Part shown: positions 23,140 through 33,841 of the stretch, in pieces | Layout: the number at the start of each line of letters is the position of its first letter | How positions within the stretch are numbered: position 1 is the stretch's first letter | Origin: Methanothermococcus sp. Ax23 | GTDB taxonomy: Archaea > AGJL01 > Methanococci > Methanococcales > Methanococcaceae | Direction of reading: 5' to 3' | Assembly (NCBI RefSeq): GCF_049075655.1 | Contig: NZ_CP157522.1 | Location: forward strand, 1,472,001-1,536,000 | Length of the DNA stretch: 64,000 nt | Made by a program: the position numbers and the translations under genes | The notes under the pieces: model-generated | What the model was told of the DNA's origin: nothing | The model's input: the letters and a program-made list of their open reading frames with translations, nothing else | Databases searched by the model: none

Positions 23140-23472
23140 ATGAACGAAATTATCTCTTTAATATCCTTGTCGGTAATTTTCGGAAGCATGCTTTCGGGAT
23201 TTGCCACATTTAGGATGACAGGGATGAGGTTAATGCCCCATTTCGTAGTACTCATACTTGCATTTGTATTTACATTGGCCTCCCTGATAATTGATAATAA
23301 TATTGTATTCTATATTGCAATAGCATTACAAATAATTACACCATTCACCATATGTGGAACGATATGCAATATACTAAAAACCCAATTCCAAAATACAGGA
23401 ATTTATTCCGCACATTTAGGATTTATGGGAATTATGCTAGTTCTCGCAATTGGAAACCTATTAATTGGTTAA
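23140..23472 (+). CDS. Small membrane protein (Methanococcales-type)
   Basis: Four hydrophobic segments; RBS at the stop of the previous gene. Confidence 0.7.
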   Translation: MNEIISLISLSVIFGSMLSGFATFRMTGMRLMPHFVVLILAFVFTLASLIIDNNIVFYIAIALQIITPFTICGTICNILKTQFQNTGIYSAHLGFMGIMLVLAIGNLLIG

Positions 23473-23573
23473 ATTCTATTTTTTCTTTTAATTTTAAATT
23501 ATATTACAGATTATATGTTCATTAGTTTTTACGGGATTTAACTACCTCGACTAATCAAAAAACCTGGTTTTAC

Positions 23574-23625
23574 AACTCACAGTAGGCTTCGTTCATTACG
23601 GAGTTTGGCTCCTGCCTAGGGAGTC
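23574..23625. ncRNA. Candidate structured RNA (GC-rich intergenic hairpin)
   Basis: ACTC/GAGT, TAGGC/GCCTA and GGAG/CTCC nested stems in AT-rich intergenic DNA. Confidence 0.3.
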
Positions 23626-23682
23626 ATGAAGTAAAAGTTATATATTTTCAAAAGATAATATCTTTTAAAAAAAGGTAGTAAT

Positions 23683-24243
23683 ATGTTAGAACCAATTGTT
23701 AATTTAGATATTAACTTATTATATTATATAAATAGCATAAATTATCATTTACTAAATATTTTAATGGTTTTTATAACCAATACAACCTATTTGTTCATTC
23801 TTTTAGTAATGGCACTTTTATTCTTCAAAAACAGGGAAGTATTTTTAAATATATTCATCGTTATGGCATTAATTGCCATTACTGCCTATGCCTTAAAATA
23901 TGGTATAAATGAACCAAGACCTTATTTTGTATTAGATAATCTTCATGTGCTTGTGCCTATGGAAAACGAACCATCATTTCCAAGCGGACATACAACATTT
24001 GCATTTGGATTATGGTGTGCTATAACACTAAATTTAAAGAAAATGAATATTAAAAAAGAATTAAATATGACCGTTCCACTTGTTTTGTTAATATGGGCAT
24101 TTCTTGTAGCTTTCAGCAGAGTATATGTCGGAGCTCACTATCCACACGATGTTATTGGGGGAATGATATTGGGTGTTGTAGGAGCTCTCATATATACTAA
24201 AATTATTCCCGATAAAATCTTAAAAAATACTGTATTTTCCTAA
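23683..24243 (+). CDS. PAP2-family membrane phosphatase
   Basis: KYGINEPRP, SFPSGH, SRVYVGAHYPHDV. Confidence 0.92.
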   Translation: MLEPIVNLDINLLYYINSINYHLLNILMVFITNTTYLFILLVMALLFFKNREVFLNIFIVMALIAITAYALKYGINEPRPYFVLDNLHVLVPMENEPSFPSGHTTFAFGLWCAITLNLKKMNIKKELNMTVPLVLLIWAFLVAFSRVYVGAHYPHDVIGGMILGVVGALIYTKIIPDKILKNTVFS

Positions 24244-25122
24244 ATGCTTTATATATGAAACGTGATTTTTCAGAGCCCCCATGAGCTCATCTTCATCTTT
24301 TGGAGTTTCATAATCTATATAAAATATATAATTTCCAAGCTTTCTTTTTGAAGGTCTCGATTCTATTCTGGTTAAATTAATGCCGCGGTTATTAAACTCT
24401 TTTAAAACATCGTATAAAGCACCAGGTCTATTTTCTTTTAATTCAAGTATTATTGTGGATTTTTGTTTAAGTTTATTATCGGCATGATTCTGATTATTAT
24501 GATTATAATCATTGTTGGTTTCCTTATTTTCATTGGATTTAAGTTCGTTTATTTTTAATATGTTATCCAAAGATTTTGAATTCTCATTTCCAATTAAAAT
24601 AAATCGTGTGGTGTTATTTGGATAATCCTGAATATCTTCATCAAGCACTTTTAAATTATACAATTCAGCAGTTTCTTTTGAAGCTATTGCCCCAAATTCT
24701 TCGTTTTTCATTTCAAATACTTTTTTAACAGCTTTCGCAGTGCTTAAAACTGGTATTGTCTCCCATCCGTGTTTTTTTATATATTTCCTACACTGTGCCA
24801 ATGCCTGTGGATGGGATAATATTTTTTTTATTTTATTTTTATCATATCCAATTAAACAGTGGTTTATATTAATATCCACTTCTCCATATATTTTAACTGG
24901 AAACTCCAACAGTAAATCCTGTGTTAAGGACACCGAACCTTCTATGGAATTTTCAGAAGGAACCACGCCGTAAATATTATTATCTTCCTTTTCCATATCC
25001 ACGAGCTCGAAAACTTCATATATGGAATTGCAGTAAATAATATCTTTATCATTTATTAGTTTTGAAAATATTTCAGCCGCTTTTCCCGTATAACTTCCCG
25101 CAGGTCCCAAACAATAAATCAT
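24220..25122 (-). CDS. pheA: Prephenate dehydratase
   Basis: LGPAGSY, ENSIEGSV, SHPQAL, NTTRF, LTRIESRP (ACT domain). Confidence 0.95.
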   Translation of the reverse strand: MIYCLGPAGSYTGKAAEIFSKLINDKDIIYCNSIYEVFELVDMEKEDNNIYGVVPSENSIEGSVSLTQDLLLEFPVKIYGEVDININHCLIGYDKNKIKKILSHPQALAQCRKYIKKHGWETIPVLSTAKAVKKVFEMKNEEFGAIASKETAELYNLKVLDEDIQDYPNNTTRFILIGNENSKSLDNILKINELKSNENKETNNDYNHNNQNHADNKLKQKSTIILELKENRPGALYDVLKEFNNRGINLTRIESRPSKRKLGNYIFYIDYETPKDEDELMGALKNHVSYIKHLGKYSIF

Positions 25123-25204
25123 ATATTCACCATATTTCTTTTTTGTTTCTTTCTTTTAAATCCTTTTTTCTATTATTTTTCTATACTTTTTATCTTTTTC
25201 ATTT

Positions 25205-25933
25205 TTATTTTTCCTTTTTCAGAACGACATATAAAAATTGACCTTTTCTTTTAAATATTCTGCCTAATTTACTGTCCAATCCATTGTAAAATACATTTGA
25301 GATTTTTTCTAAAATCACCGTTGGAAATACTTTTAAAATGGGCGGAATGAAATAAAAAGTTTTGTAATCTTTTAAATAAAATCCCTCAGTATTGAAATCT
25401 TTTAAACATAATGGTTTATGATATATTGTGAAATCATTAAAAATTTCCTCATTTATAAAACTTTCACTATTCACAACAACAAATATTGCGATTCCATCAT
25501 TTTTTAAAACCCTTTTTATCTCATTTAGTGCATTTTTGTAATCTATTATATGCTCTAAAACATTTATACACAAAACTAAATCAAAAGAACCATTTTTAAA
25601 AGGAAGATTTGAAACATCTCCGCAGATTTTGTTTGTTTTTAAATTATGGATATTCTCAAATTTTTTTAATAAATTAAATGAAAAATCAAGATAAAGGGTA
25701 TTCAGATTTTTTGTTAAATTATAAAAGGAACCAAATCCACATCCGCAATCTAATATTACAGCATTTTTTTTCTTTTTAATATTGTTAAAATCCTCTAAAT
25801 TGGTTATTATATCTACAATTAGTTTTTCCTCCAATTCCATCAATATTTTAATATACTTTGGAAGGTTTTCCACCTCCCAATTTTCATAAAAATCTTTTAT
25901 TTTTTTATCCGCCCCATTATTCATAAATCTCAC
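25205..25933 (-). CDS. Class I SAM-dependent methyltransferase
   Basis: ILDCGCGFG, LPFKNGSFDLV, VLEHI. Confidence 0.85.
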   Translation of the reverse strand: MRFMNNGADKKIKDFYENWEVENLPKYIKILMELEEKLIVDIITNLEDFNNIKKKKNAVILDCGCGFGSFYNLTKNLNTLYLDFSFNLLKKFENIHNLKTNKICGDVSNLPFKNGSFDLVLCINVLEHIIDYKNALNEIKRVLKNDGIAIFVVVNSESFINEEIFNDFTIYHKPLCLKDFNTEGFYLKDYKTFYFIPPILKVFPTVILEKISNVFYNGLDSKLGRIFKRKGQFLYVVLKKEK

Positions 25934-26210
25934 AATTTAAGCTATAAACAATAGTATCCTCTGGAAAGAGATTCTTAATTTTTTCTTTAATTTCATCGAG
26001 CTCAGCACTACTTAACATCTCATCGATTTCTTTATCAAGTGTAAATCCACATCTGTAATAGTATGTATCTCCAACTACTGCCCCAATTTCTGGAAACTCC
26101 AATGACCTTGTGATAATATCTTCTCCAACTATTTCTATGATTCCCTTTAATATGTTTTCAAAATCTATTATTTCTTTATTGTAAAATACTCCATCAATCA
26201 TAATCTTCAT
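25917..26210 (-). CDS. Hypothetical protein (true start MKIMIDG at 26210; the track's N-terminal extension is IS sequence)
   Basis: GGTGA RBS before ATG 26210; overlaps the methyltransferase start. Confidence 0.65.
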   Translation of the reverse strand: MKIMIDGVFYNKEIIDFENILKGIIEIVGEDIITRSLEFPEIGAVVGDTYYYRCGFTLDKEIDEMLSSAELDEIKEKIKNLFPEDTIVYSLNCEIYE

Positions 26211-26245
26211 TTTTTCACCGAATTTATGTTTGTATTTTCTTTTCT

Positions 26246-27712
26246 CTGACCTACTCCCACGACTAAAGTCGTGGGGTTCTTTAGTAGGGTCTAACCCTAC
26301 ATGGGTGGCCAAACCCACTACCCCTATCTCCGTTTAGGAGATTCAGGGCTACGCTACATGAAAATACTTTTTTCAAAATATTCAAAGCACCATTAACATC
26401 AGCATTCAAAACCATACCACACTCACTACAAACATACAAACCCCTATACTTTCTATTGCTCTTTTTAACTACACCACAATTACTGCAAGTTTGAGAAGTA
26501 TAAGCTTCATTAACCTGTTCTACTGTTAATCCCTTTTCCTCTGCTTTATACTGTATCATACTTACTAACCTACCAAAAGGTATCTTGTGTATTTTCTCGT
26601 TGTTCTTTCTACCAATATCAATACTTGAAATGCCCTTGTTTAACTCACCGATTACAATCCTTGAAACTTTGTTATCCACTGCAAACTCAACAATCATTTT
26701 ACTAACCTTATGCAAATAATCCTTAGTATAATTCTTTTCTCTTACTGTTAAGCAGGATAATCGCTTATTATTCTTTAACTGTTTCCGTGTTAGTTTGGAC
26801 TGTAGTTCCCCCTTAGTTTTAGCAAACCATCGGAATTTAGAAATTAGTCTCCTTCCATCGTAGATTACTGCACTGCCCGTATTGGTTACTACTGTTGCTA
26901 AATTCTTAATTCCTAAATCAATACTTAATATATTACCTTCTTTGATAGGTTCTTGAATTACTGGTTTCTTATAGATTAAGTGAAGTATGTAGTAGGTTAT
27001 CCCGTAGATAGTCTGCGGAACTATCTCAACTTCTTTAACTTGCATGGTATCAAGCGGTAGAGTTTTCGATAACCCTACCCATAGATACCTGCACTTGATA
27101 CCATGCTTCTCTTTGAGATAGTTTTTAGTTTGTTTAGATAAGGATAATCTTAACTTATTGCCTATGATTTTGAAACCTTGCTTCTTCCATTTTACGGGAA
27201 AGTGTCCATCTTTTGGTTGGTATCGTGGTCTTTTAGTGTGTTGTTTGAAGTAGTTTTGCCATGCTATCGCTTGCGTAGCAAGCGAGCAACGAAAACCGAA
27301 GGTTTTCGTCTAATTGAGAGTTTTTGACATACTGCCTGTGCTGACTGTGAGTGCAGGTTTTTAAACCAGAAGTTATTCTTCATTTGAACATCTATCTTAC
27401 TAGGTTTAATGTTTCGTTGTATTACTTCGTAGTTAGATACATTCCAGAGTTTTGATGCTGAATAGGTTAAATGGTTTATGATTGTTAATTGTTCATTATT
27501 TAAACTTCTGGTTAGGTTTATTGTCAGCACTCTGGTTACTTGCATGGAATTCACCAAATTTATATATATGCTATTATTCTAATTACACTCATATATTATG
27601 TAGTGGAGTATATAAAAAAATGATGTCCGCCTATCATCCAATCTCATAAGAGATTTTACAAAACCTTGTTTTGTATAACGATTAAAATCGTTGGCTTTCT
27701 CGGCGGTTTATC
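26246..27712 (-). mobile_element. IS200/IS605-family tnpB-only (IS1341-like) element, copy 1
   Basis: Left end GATAAACCGCC preceded by TTAC; right-end hairpin CCCACGAC-TTTA-GTCGTGGG, terminus TCAG; homologous to 32254-33821. Confidence 0.92.
26281..27557 (-). pseudogene. tnpB: TnpB RNA-guided nuclease frameshifted by a 47-bp hairpin insert (27268-27314)
   Basis: SIDLG, NEAYTSQTCSNC, CSECG, NADVNG; removing 47 bp restores CQKLSIAWQNYF. Confidence 0.88.
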
Positions 27713-27795
27713 GTAAAATATTTATTAAAATACATTAAAAAATATAAAAATGAATATTAAAATAAAATATTAAGGAATAATTAAATTAATTAAAA

Positions 27796-28770
27796 TCAGC
27801 ACCCGCAAATATATTCCCTATCAAAATCAAATAAAACTTCCTTATCTTTTCCATCGGTTATTATCAATTGCTTATTTTCTATAACCTCACCACACACTTC
27901 GGCAGTTATATTTACAAATTCTAAAACTTCTTTTAACCTATCAATTTTATCCTCTGGTGCAGTGAATACAAACCCGCATCCAGGATATAGTTTTAACCAC
28001 TGAATCATTGGAACACTTTCATTTCTTGGAATTTTTGTAATATCAACATGAGCTCCTTTTTTCGAAACCTCCAAAAGCATACCCAATGTTCCCAGAGCTC
28101 CGGGGTTGCTTATATCTTTACAGGCAGTGGCAAGTTTTTCCTCACCAACTATTTCAAGGGCTTTTAACTGGTCTCTAACAAGTTTTTTTGATTTCATTGT
28201 TGTAGTGTCCCAATTCAAATTAAATTTTTCATGTATTTTTCCATCCAAATCATAGGCAAAAACTATTTTATCTCCAATTTGTGCAGTGTCGCTTCTTAAT
28301 ACATTATCCTTTTTAACCACTCCTGTGATTGAAACATCGAGAACATTGCAGGTAGCATCTGGATGTGTATGTCCCCCAACCATGGGAATTCCAAATTTTT
28401 CTACGCCGTCTTTTATGCCTCTTAAAACCTCTCTTCCAATATCGCAATCTTTTATTCCTATTATATTTGTCATGGCTATGGATTTACCACCCATTGCTGC
28501 TATGTCATTTGCATTTACTAAAACAGAGCAGTATCCTGCCCACCATGGGTCAGATTCCAATAGCTTTCCCCAAATACCATCTGCGGCCAATAATATGGCG
28601 TTTTCACCATCTATACCAATTATTGCAGCATCATCTCCAAAGTCGGAAATAATATTAAAATAATAATCGTTATCTTCAAATTTAAAATTGGATATGACAT
28701 TTTTTATTTCTTTTTTTCTTAAAACTCCTTCGAAATTTTTTAATTCATTTACTATCTCTTTTAAATTCAT
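27796..28770 (-). CDS. Methanogenesis marker protein 2 (AIR synthase/SelD-like)
   Basis: FGDDAA, NDIAAMGG, VGGHTHPD, KDISNPG. Confidence 0.88.
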   Translation of the reverse strand: MNLKEIVNELKNFEGVLRKKEIKNVISNFKFEDNDYYFNIISDFGDDAAIIGIDGENAILLAADGIWGKLLESDPWWAGYCSVLVNANDIAAMGGKSIAMTNIIGIKDCDIGREVLRGIKDGVEKFGIPMVGGHTHPDATCNVLDVSITGVVKKDNVLRSDTAQIGDKIVFAYDLDGKIHEKFNLNWDTTTMKSKKLVRDQLKALEIVGEEKLATACKDISNPGALGTLGMLLEVSKKGAHVDITKIPRNESVPMIQWLKLYPGCGFVFTAPEDKIDRLKEVLEFVNITAEVCGEVIENKQLIITDGKDKEVLFDFDREYICGC

Positions 28771-28948
28771 AAAATCCCCTATTTTATTTTAAATTATAAA
28801 AATGTTAATATATTATATAAAAATTTAATTATTAATTTAATTAAGTTTAATTATTAATCATTTCGTATTATATATGTTGAATAAAATAATATAAAATAAT
28901 ATAAATTAGCTATTGAATATTTATATCTTATTATTTTTTTATTTTGAA

Positions 28949-30193
28949 TTACTTTTTATATTTTTGATAAGATTCCTTTAAAAGTTCAATAACTGGAAGT
29001 TTTTTTCCAGCTAAAAACTCTATGCAGGCTCCACCCCCGGTGCTTATGTGGTCCAACTTATCTGAAACTCCCACAACACCTGCGGCAGCTGATAAATGAC
29101 CTCCGCCTATGACAGTAAATGCCTCCGACTTTGCCATGCTGTTTAAAAGCTCTTCTGTTCCTTTCAAGAAGTTTTTATTCTCAAAAACACCTGCTGGACC
29201 ATTTGCAACTATTGTTTTTGCATTGGATATAATTTCATCATATAATTTTATGGTTTCGCTTCCTATATCATGTATTGGATGAGTAATTTCTTCATTAAGG
29301 TTTAATTTTACTTCTTCTCTGTTTCCATTAACATTCAATGCTGCATCTATTGGCATCACTATCTTATCGCCGTGTTTATCCAACAATTCCCTTGCAATTT
29401 CTATCTGATTCAAATAACCCATATCTTCTATTACTTTTTTATTAGGTCCTATGTTGTAGCCCTTGGCAACTAAAAAGACATTTGCTACAATTCCTGTGAT
29501 TAATACCTTATCAGCGGAATTATTATTTAAAACATTTTTAATAACATCGATACTATCGTCAGCTTTTGCTCCGCCCAATACAAAAATAGATGGTCTTTCA
29601 GGGTTTTGTATAACCTTGCTAAGTATTTTTATCTCTTTTTCCATAATTCTTCCAGCAATTGCAGGCATGTAATAAGCAAGACCTACCAACGATGGCTGAG
29701 CTCGGTGTGCCGCAGCAAATGCATCATTTATAAAATAGTCAAATAGTGAGTAAATTCTTTTTAACATTATGGTTTTTGCCTGTTTTTTTGGAGTAATGTC
29801 TTCCCATTTTTTCCAGTCCTTCAATACTTCCTCAGAATAAAATCTAACATTTTCAAGTAATAGTATATCTCCATTATCCATCCTCTTTATCGAATTTATC
29901 GCATGGGAGCCAAACATATCATCAATATATTCAACTTCCTTTCCCAATACCTCAGATAATTTTACAGCGTGAGACTGTAATGTTGTGAAGTCCTTTTTTC
30001 CAGGTCTGCTCTGGTGTGCCAATATTACTACCTTGGCTCCTTTATTGGAGAGCTCCTTTATTGTATCGACACATGCCTTAATCCTCGTATCATCCAATAT
30101 GATTTCACTATTTACATCTATTGGACTGTTTATATCTACTCTCAATGCAACAGTTTTTCCATTAAAATCAAAATCATCTATGGTCAATAACAT
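28949..30193 (-). CDS. pgk: Phosphoglycerate kinase
   Basis: [31 protein letters not shown]. Confidence 0.97.
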   Translation of the reverse strand: MLLTIDDFDFNGKTVALRVDINSPIDVNSEIILDDTRIKACVDTIKELSNKGAKVVILAHQSRPGKKDFTTLQSHAVKLSEVLGKEVEYIDDMFGSHAINSIKRMDNGDILLLENVRFYSEEVLKDWKKWEDITPKKQAKTIMLKRIYSLFDYFINDAFAAAHRAQPSLVGLAYYMPAIAGRIMEKEIKILSKVIQNPERPSIFVLGGAKADDSIDVIKNVLNNNSADKVLITGIVANVFLVAKGYNIGPNKKVIEDMGYLNQIEIARELLDKHGDKIVMPIDAALNVNGNREEVKLNLNEEITHPIHDIGSETIKLYDEIISNAKTIVANGPAGVFENKNFLKGTEELLNSMAKSEAFTVIGGGHLSAAAGVVGVSDKLDHISTGGGACIEFLAGKKLPVIELLKESYQKYKK

Positions 30194-30466
30194 TATATCC
30201 CTCCAATGCTAAAATAATAACACCTGATAACATAAGTTTAGAACATATTTATAATTTGTAGAATTTATCATGATTTTTATATTTTATGTATTTATAATTT
30301 ACACATAAATAATTATCACACACCACATATTGATAAAGCACCTGAAAGCCTTTTTGGATTAAATGAATTTTAAAATGTATATGCTAATTATAATCATGAA
30401 ACAAAATTTAAACTTTTTCTAATTTAATTTTATTATTTTTATTATGTTATAATACATGGTGATATT

Positions 30467-30892
30467 ATGAAAGGAGAATTTTTAGCCTTAATTGTGGCTA
30501 CACTATGGGGAATTACGCCCCTAATCGAGAAAAAGGCACTTGATTACATTGACCCATTAACAGCTGTTTTTATTATAATATGTATGAATTTTTTAATAAT
30601 ATCCTCAGTTTTCATCATGTTTGGCAAAATTAATATAGCTGATTTATCATCCATTCCAATAAAACCCATTATTTATTTGGCAATGGTTTCAATACTTGCT
30701 GGCGTTGCTGCACAATATCTATTTTATAGAGCTCTTGAAGCATCATCCCCTTCAAAAGTTGTAATAATTACAAGCATGTACCCATTAATTACCATACTTG
30801 CTACAAGCATAATTTCAAAGGAATTTCCATCCATTAAAATGGTATGTGGTGCTTTTTTAGTATTTATGGGCATTTTCCTGGTCATGGATTAA
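30467..30892 (+). CDS. EamA/DMT family transporter (single repeat)
   Basis: LWG...K, LFYRAL and YPL motifs; 5 TM segments. Confidence 0.85.
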   Translation: MKGEFLALIVATLWGITPLIEKKALDYIDPLTAVFIIICMNFLIISSVFIMFGKINIADLSSIPIKPIIYLAMVSILAGVAAQYLFYRALEASSPSKVVIITSMYPLITILATSIISKEFPSIKMVCGAFLVFMGIFLVMD

Positions 30893-31094
30893 ATTATCTG
30901 TATAATATTACATTATATTATCAATACATAATTTATATAAATATATAAAAATAAAATAATAATGATATAAATATCATAAAACATATGTAATATTAGGGAA
31001 AAATATTAATATTGATATAATTATAAGTTTATAAATAATCATTTTATAATATTATATAATTTATTATCAATATTACGGCATAGGAGGATGGCAT

Positions 31095-31586
31095 ATGTTA
31101 AAAAAAATAAAAAAAGCTATTTTTGGAAATGACGAACCCCCTGTCCAGGTTCCTGTTCAGGACGATGAATATATAGTAATTGGTGAGGAACCTTCAGCTT
31201 ATGAGATAAAAGAAAATAAAGAAATTCCGCTCCCAGAACCTAAGCCTGAGCCTAAAATAGAAGTGGAAAAATCAGAAGAAAAAATTGATGTTAAAAAACC
31301 AGAACCTGAGGTAAAAATAATTACCAAAAAAATCATGCCCAAAATACTAACAACTAGGATAAAATCCCCTGAGGATTTTAAAAACCTAAAAACGATTATA
31401 GAGCACGATATAATTATAATAAATCTTGAAGATGTGCCAGTTGAAGCTATTGAAAAAGAATTCTTAGATTTTAAGAAATACTTGGAAACATTGAATTACA
31501 ACCTTGGAAAAGTTGATGACAACGTAATTCTTGCAATTAAATCTGGAATAAATATTGACAAATATACTTCGAATGTAGCTGAATAA
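31095..31586 (+). CDS. Hypothetical protein, possibly SepF-like
   Basis: N-terminal amphipathic helix MLKKIKKAIFG, Pro/Glu linker, DIIIINL core. Confidence 0.5.
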   Translation: MLKKIKKAIFGNDEPPVQVPVQDDEYIVIGEEPSAYEIKENKEIPLPEPKPEPKIEVEKSEEKIDVKKPEPEVKIITKKIMPKILTTRIKSPEDFKNLKTIIEHDIIIINLEDVPVEAIEKEFLDFKKYLETLNYNLGKVDDNVILAIKSGINIDKYTSNVAE

Positions 31587-32171
31587 TTGGTGGTAAAAAT
31601 TAAAATAGCAATAACTGGAACTCCCGGAGTTGGAAAATCCACGGCATCTAAACTATTGGTCAAAAAATTGAATGAATCAGATGATGCTGAAAGATTATGG
31701 GGACGTCAAAATTTTGAATATATAAATATAACTGATGCTGTAAAAGAAAACAAATTATACAGCGAAAAAGATGAAGAAATGGATTCCTATGTGGTGGATT
31801 TCCAAAAACTTAACGATTACATAGATAACATAATTAAATCTAAATCCAAAAATCTCATAGTTGATGGACATATAAGTCATTTGCTCGATGTGAATTATAT
31901 TGTAGTATTAAGATGCAATCCTGAGATAATATTAAAGAGATTAGAAGAGCGAAATTATCATAAAAACAAAATTAAGGAAAATGTGGAAGCTGAAATATTG
32001 GATGTCTGTCTTGTGGGAGCTCTCGAAAATTCCGATAATGTATATGAGCTCGACACAACAAATAGAACTGTGGAATCCATAGTGGATGAGATAATTGATG
32101 CCATAAATCATAAAAAAACCAAATATGGAATAGTTAATTGGTTAGATGATTATTTTTACATGCTGGATTAA
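31587..32171 (+). CDS. Atypical adenylate kinase (AK6/Fap7 family)
   Basis: ITGTPGVGKS, IVDGH, VLRC, ENVEAEILD. Confidence 0.9.
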   Translation: MVVKIKIAITGTPGVGKSTASKLLVKKLNESDDAERLWGRQNFEYINITDAVKENKLYSEKDEEMDSYVVDFQKLNDYIDNIIKSKSKNLIVDGHISHLLDVNYIVVLRCNPEIILKRLEERNYHKNKIKENVEAEILDVCLVGALENSDNVYELDTTNRTVESIVDEIIDAINHKKTKYGIVNWLDDYFYMLD

Positions 32172-32410
32172 CAATATAAATATGAATAATCTTTAAATAC
32201 ATACAATTTTTAATCTATTTTTTAATATTATTTTTTAATTATTTTATTTTTACGATAAACCGCCGAGAAGGTTCCAACGATTTTAATCGTTATACAAAAC
32301 AAGGTTTTGTAAAATCTCTTACGAGATTGGATGAGAGGCGGACATCATTTTTTTATATGCTCCACTACATAATATATGAGTGTAATTAGAATAATAGCAT
32401 ATATATAAAT

Positions 32411-33735
32411 TTGGTGAATTCCATGCAAGTAACCAGAGTGCTGACAATAAACCTAACAAGAAAACTAACCAATGAACAATTAACAATCATAAACCATTTA
32501 ACCTACTCAGCATCAAAACTCTGGAATACATCCAATTATGAAGTAATACTACAAAACATTGAACCAAATAAAATAGATGTTCAAATGAAGGATAACTTCT
32601 GGTTTAAAAACCTACACTCACAATCAGCACAGGCAGTATGTCAAAAACTCTCAATTAGACGAAAACCTTCGGTTTTCGTTGCTCGCTTGCTACGCAAGCG
32701 ATAGCATGGCAAAACTACTTCAAACAGCACACTAAAAGACCACGATACCAACCAAAAGATGGACACTTTCCAGTAAAATGGAAGAAACAAGGTTTCAAAA
32801 TCATAGGCAATAAGTTAAGGTTATCCCTATCAAAACAAACTAAAAACTATCTCAAAGAAAAGCATGTTATCAAGTCCAAGTACTTATGGGTAGATTTATC
32901 GAAAACTCTACCGCTTGATACCACGCAGGTTAAAGAAGTTGAGATAGTTCCGCAGACCATCTATGGGATAACCTACCACATACTTCACTTAATCCATAAG
33001 AAACCAGTAATTCAAGAACCTATCAAAGAAGGTAATATACTAAGTATTGATTTAGGAATTAAGAATTTAGCAACCACAGTAACTAACACGGGCATCAGGC
33101 GAAAACCTTCGGTTTTCGCTACTCACCAACATCAGTTGGTGAAAGCAGTAATCTACGATGGAAGAAGGTTAATTTCTAAATTCCGATGGTTTGCTAAAAG
33201 TAAAGGAAAAATCCAATCTATCCTAACAAAGCAAGAGTTAAAATATAATAAACGATTATCCCGCTTAACAGTAAGAGAAAAGAATTATACTAAGGATTAT
33301 CTACATAAAATAAGTAAAATGATTATCGATTTTGCAGTAGATAATAAAGTTTCAAGGATTGTAATCGGCGAGTTAAACAAAGGCATTTCAAGTATTGACA
33401 TTGGAGATAGGGTTAATCAGCAATTGCATAGAATACCTTTTGGTAGGTTAGTAAGTATGATAATGTATAAAGCAGAAGAAAAGGGATTAACAGTAGAACA
33501 GGTTAATGAATCTTATACTTCTCAAACTTGTAGTAATTGTGGTGTAGTTAAAAAGAGTAATAGGAAGTACAGGGGTTTGTATGTGTGTAGTGAGTGTGGT
33601 ATGGTTTTGAATGCTGATGTGAATGCTGCTTTAAATATTTTGAAAAAAGTATTTTCATGTAGCGTAGCCCTAAATCTCCTAAACGGAGATAGGGGTAGTG
33701 GGCTTGGCAACCCATGTAGGGTTAGACCCTACTAA
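32411..33735 (+). pseudogene. tnpB: TnpB with a 47-bp frameshifting insert (32654-32700) and a 48-bp in-frame insert (about 33095-33142)
   Basis: Alignment with copy 1; frame open from 32701 to 33735. Confidence 0.88.
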
Positions 33736-33786
33736 AATTAGACGAAATCACTTCGTGATTTCGTTGCTCGCTTACTACCGTAAGCG
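33736..33786 (+). repeat. Double-hairpin mini-element in the right-end/omegaRNA region of IS copy 2
   Basis: ATTAGACGAAATCAC-TTC-GTGATTTCGTTGCTCGCTTAC-TACC-GTAAGCG; absent from copies 1 and 3. Confidence 0.85.
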
Positions 33787-33841
33787 AGAACCCCACGACT
33801 TCAGTCGTGGGAGTATGTCAGAAAAATTTAAAGTGGTTAGT

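Larger units (their letters stand above)
32254..33821 (+). mobile_element. IS200/IS605-family tnpB-only element, copy 2
   Basis: TTAC at 32250-32253 before GATAAACCGCC; ends ...GTCGTGGGAGTATGTCAG; no TSD. Confidence 0.92.

Noticed and set aside
26211-26318. N-terminal extension of the 25917..26318 ORF
   Set aside because: Largely derived from the IS copy 1 right end; RBS supports ATG 26210
33698-33841. N-terminal extension of Taw1 (379-aa ORF in the track)
   Set aside because: The extension is IS right-end sequence; the same peptide precedes the 25917 ORF; real start is 33842
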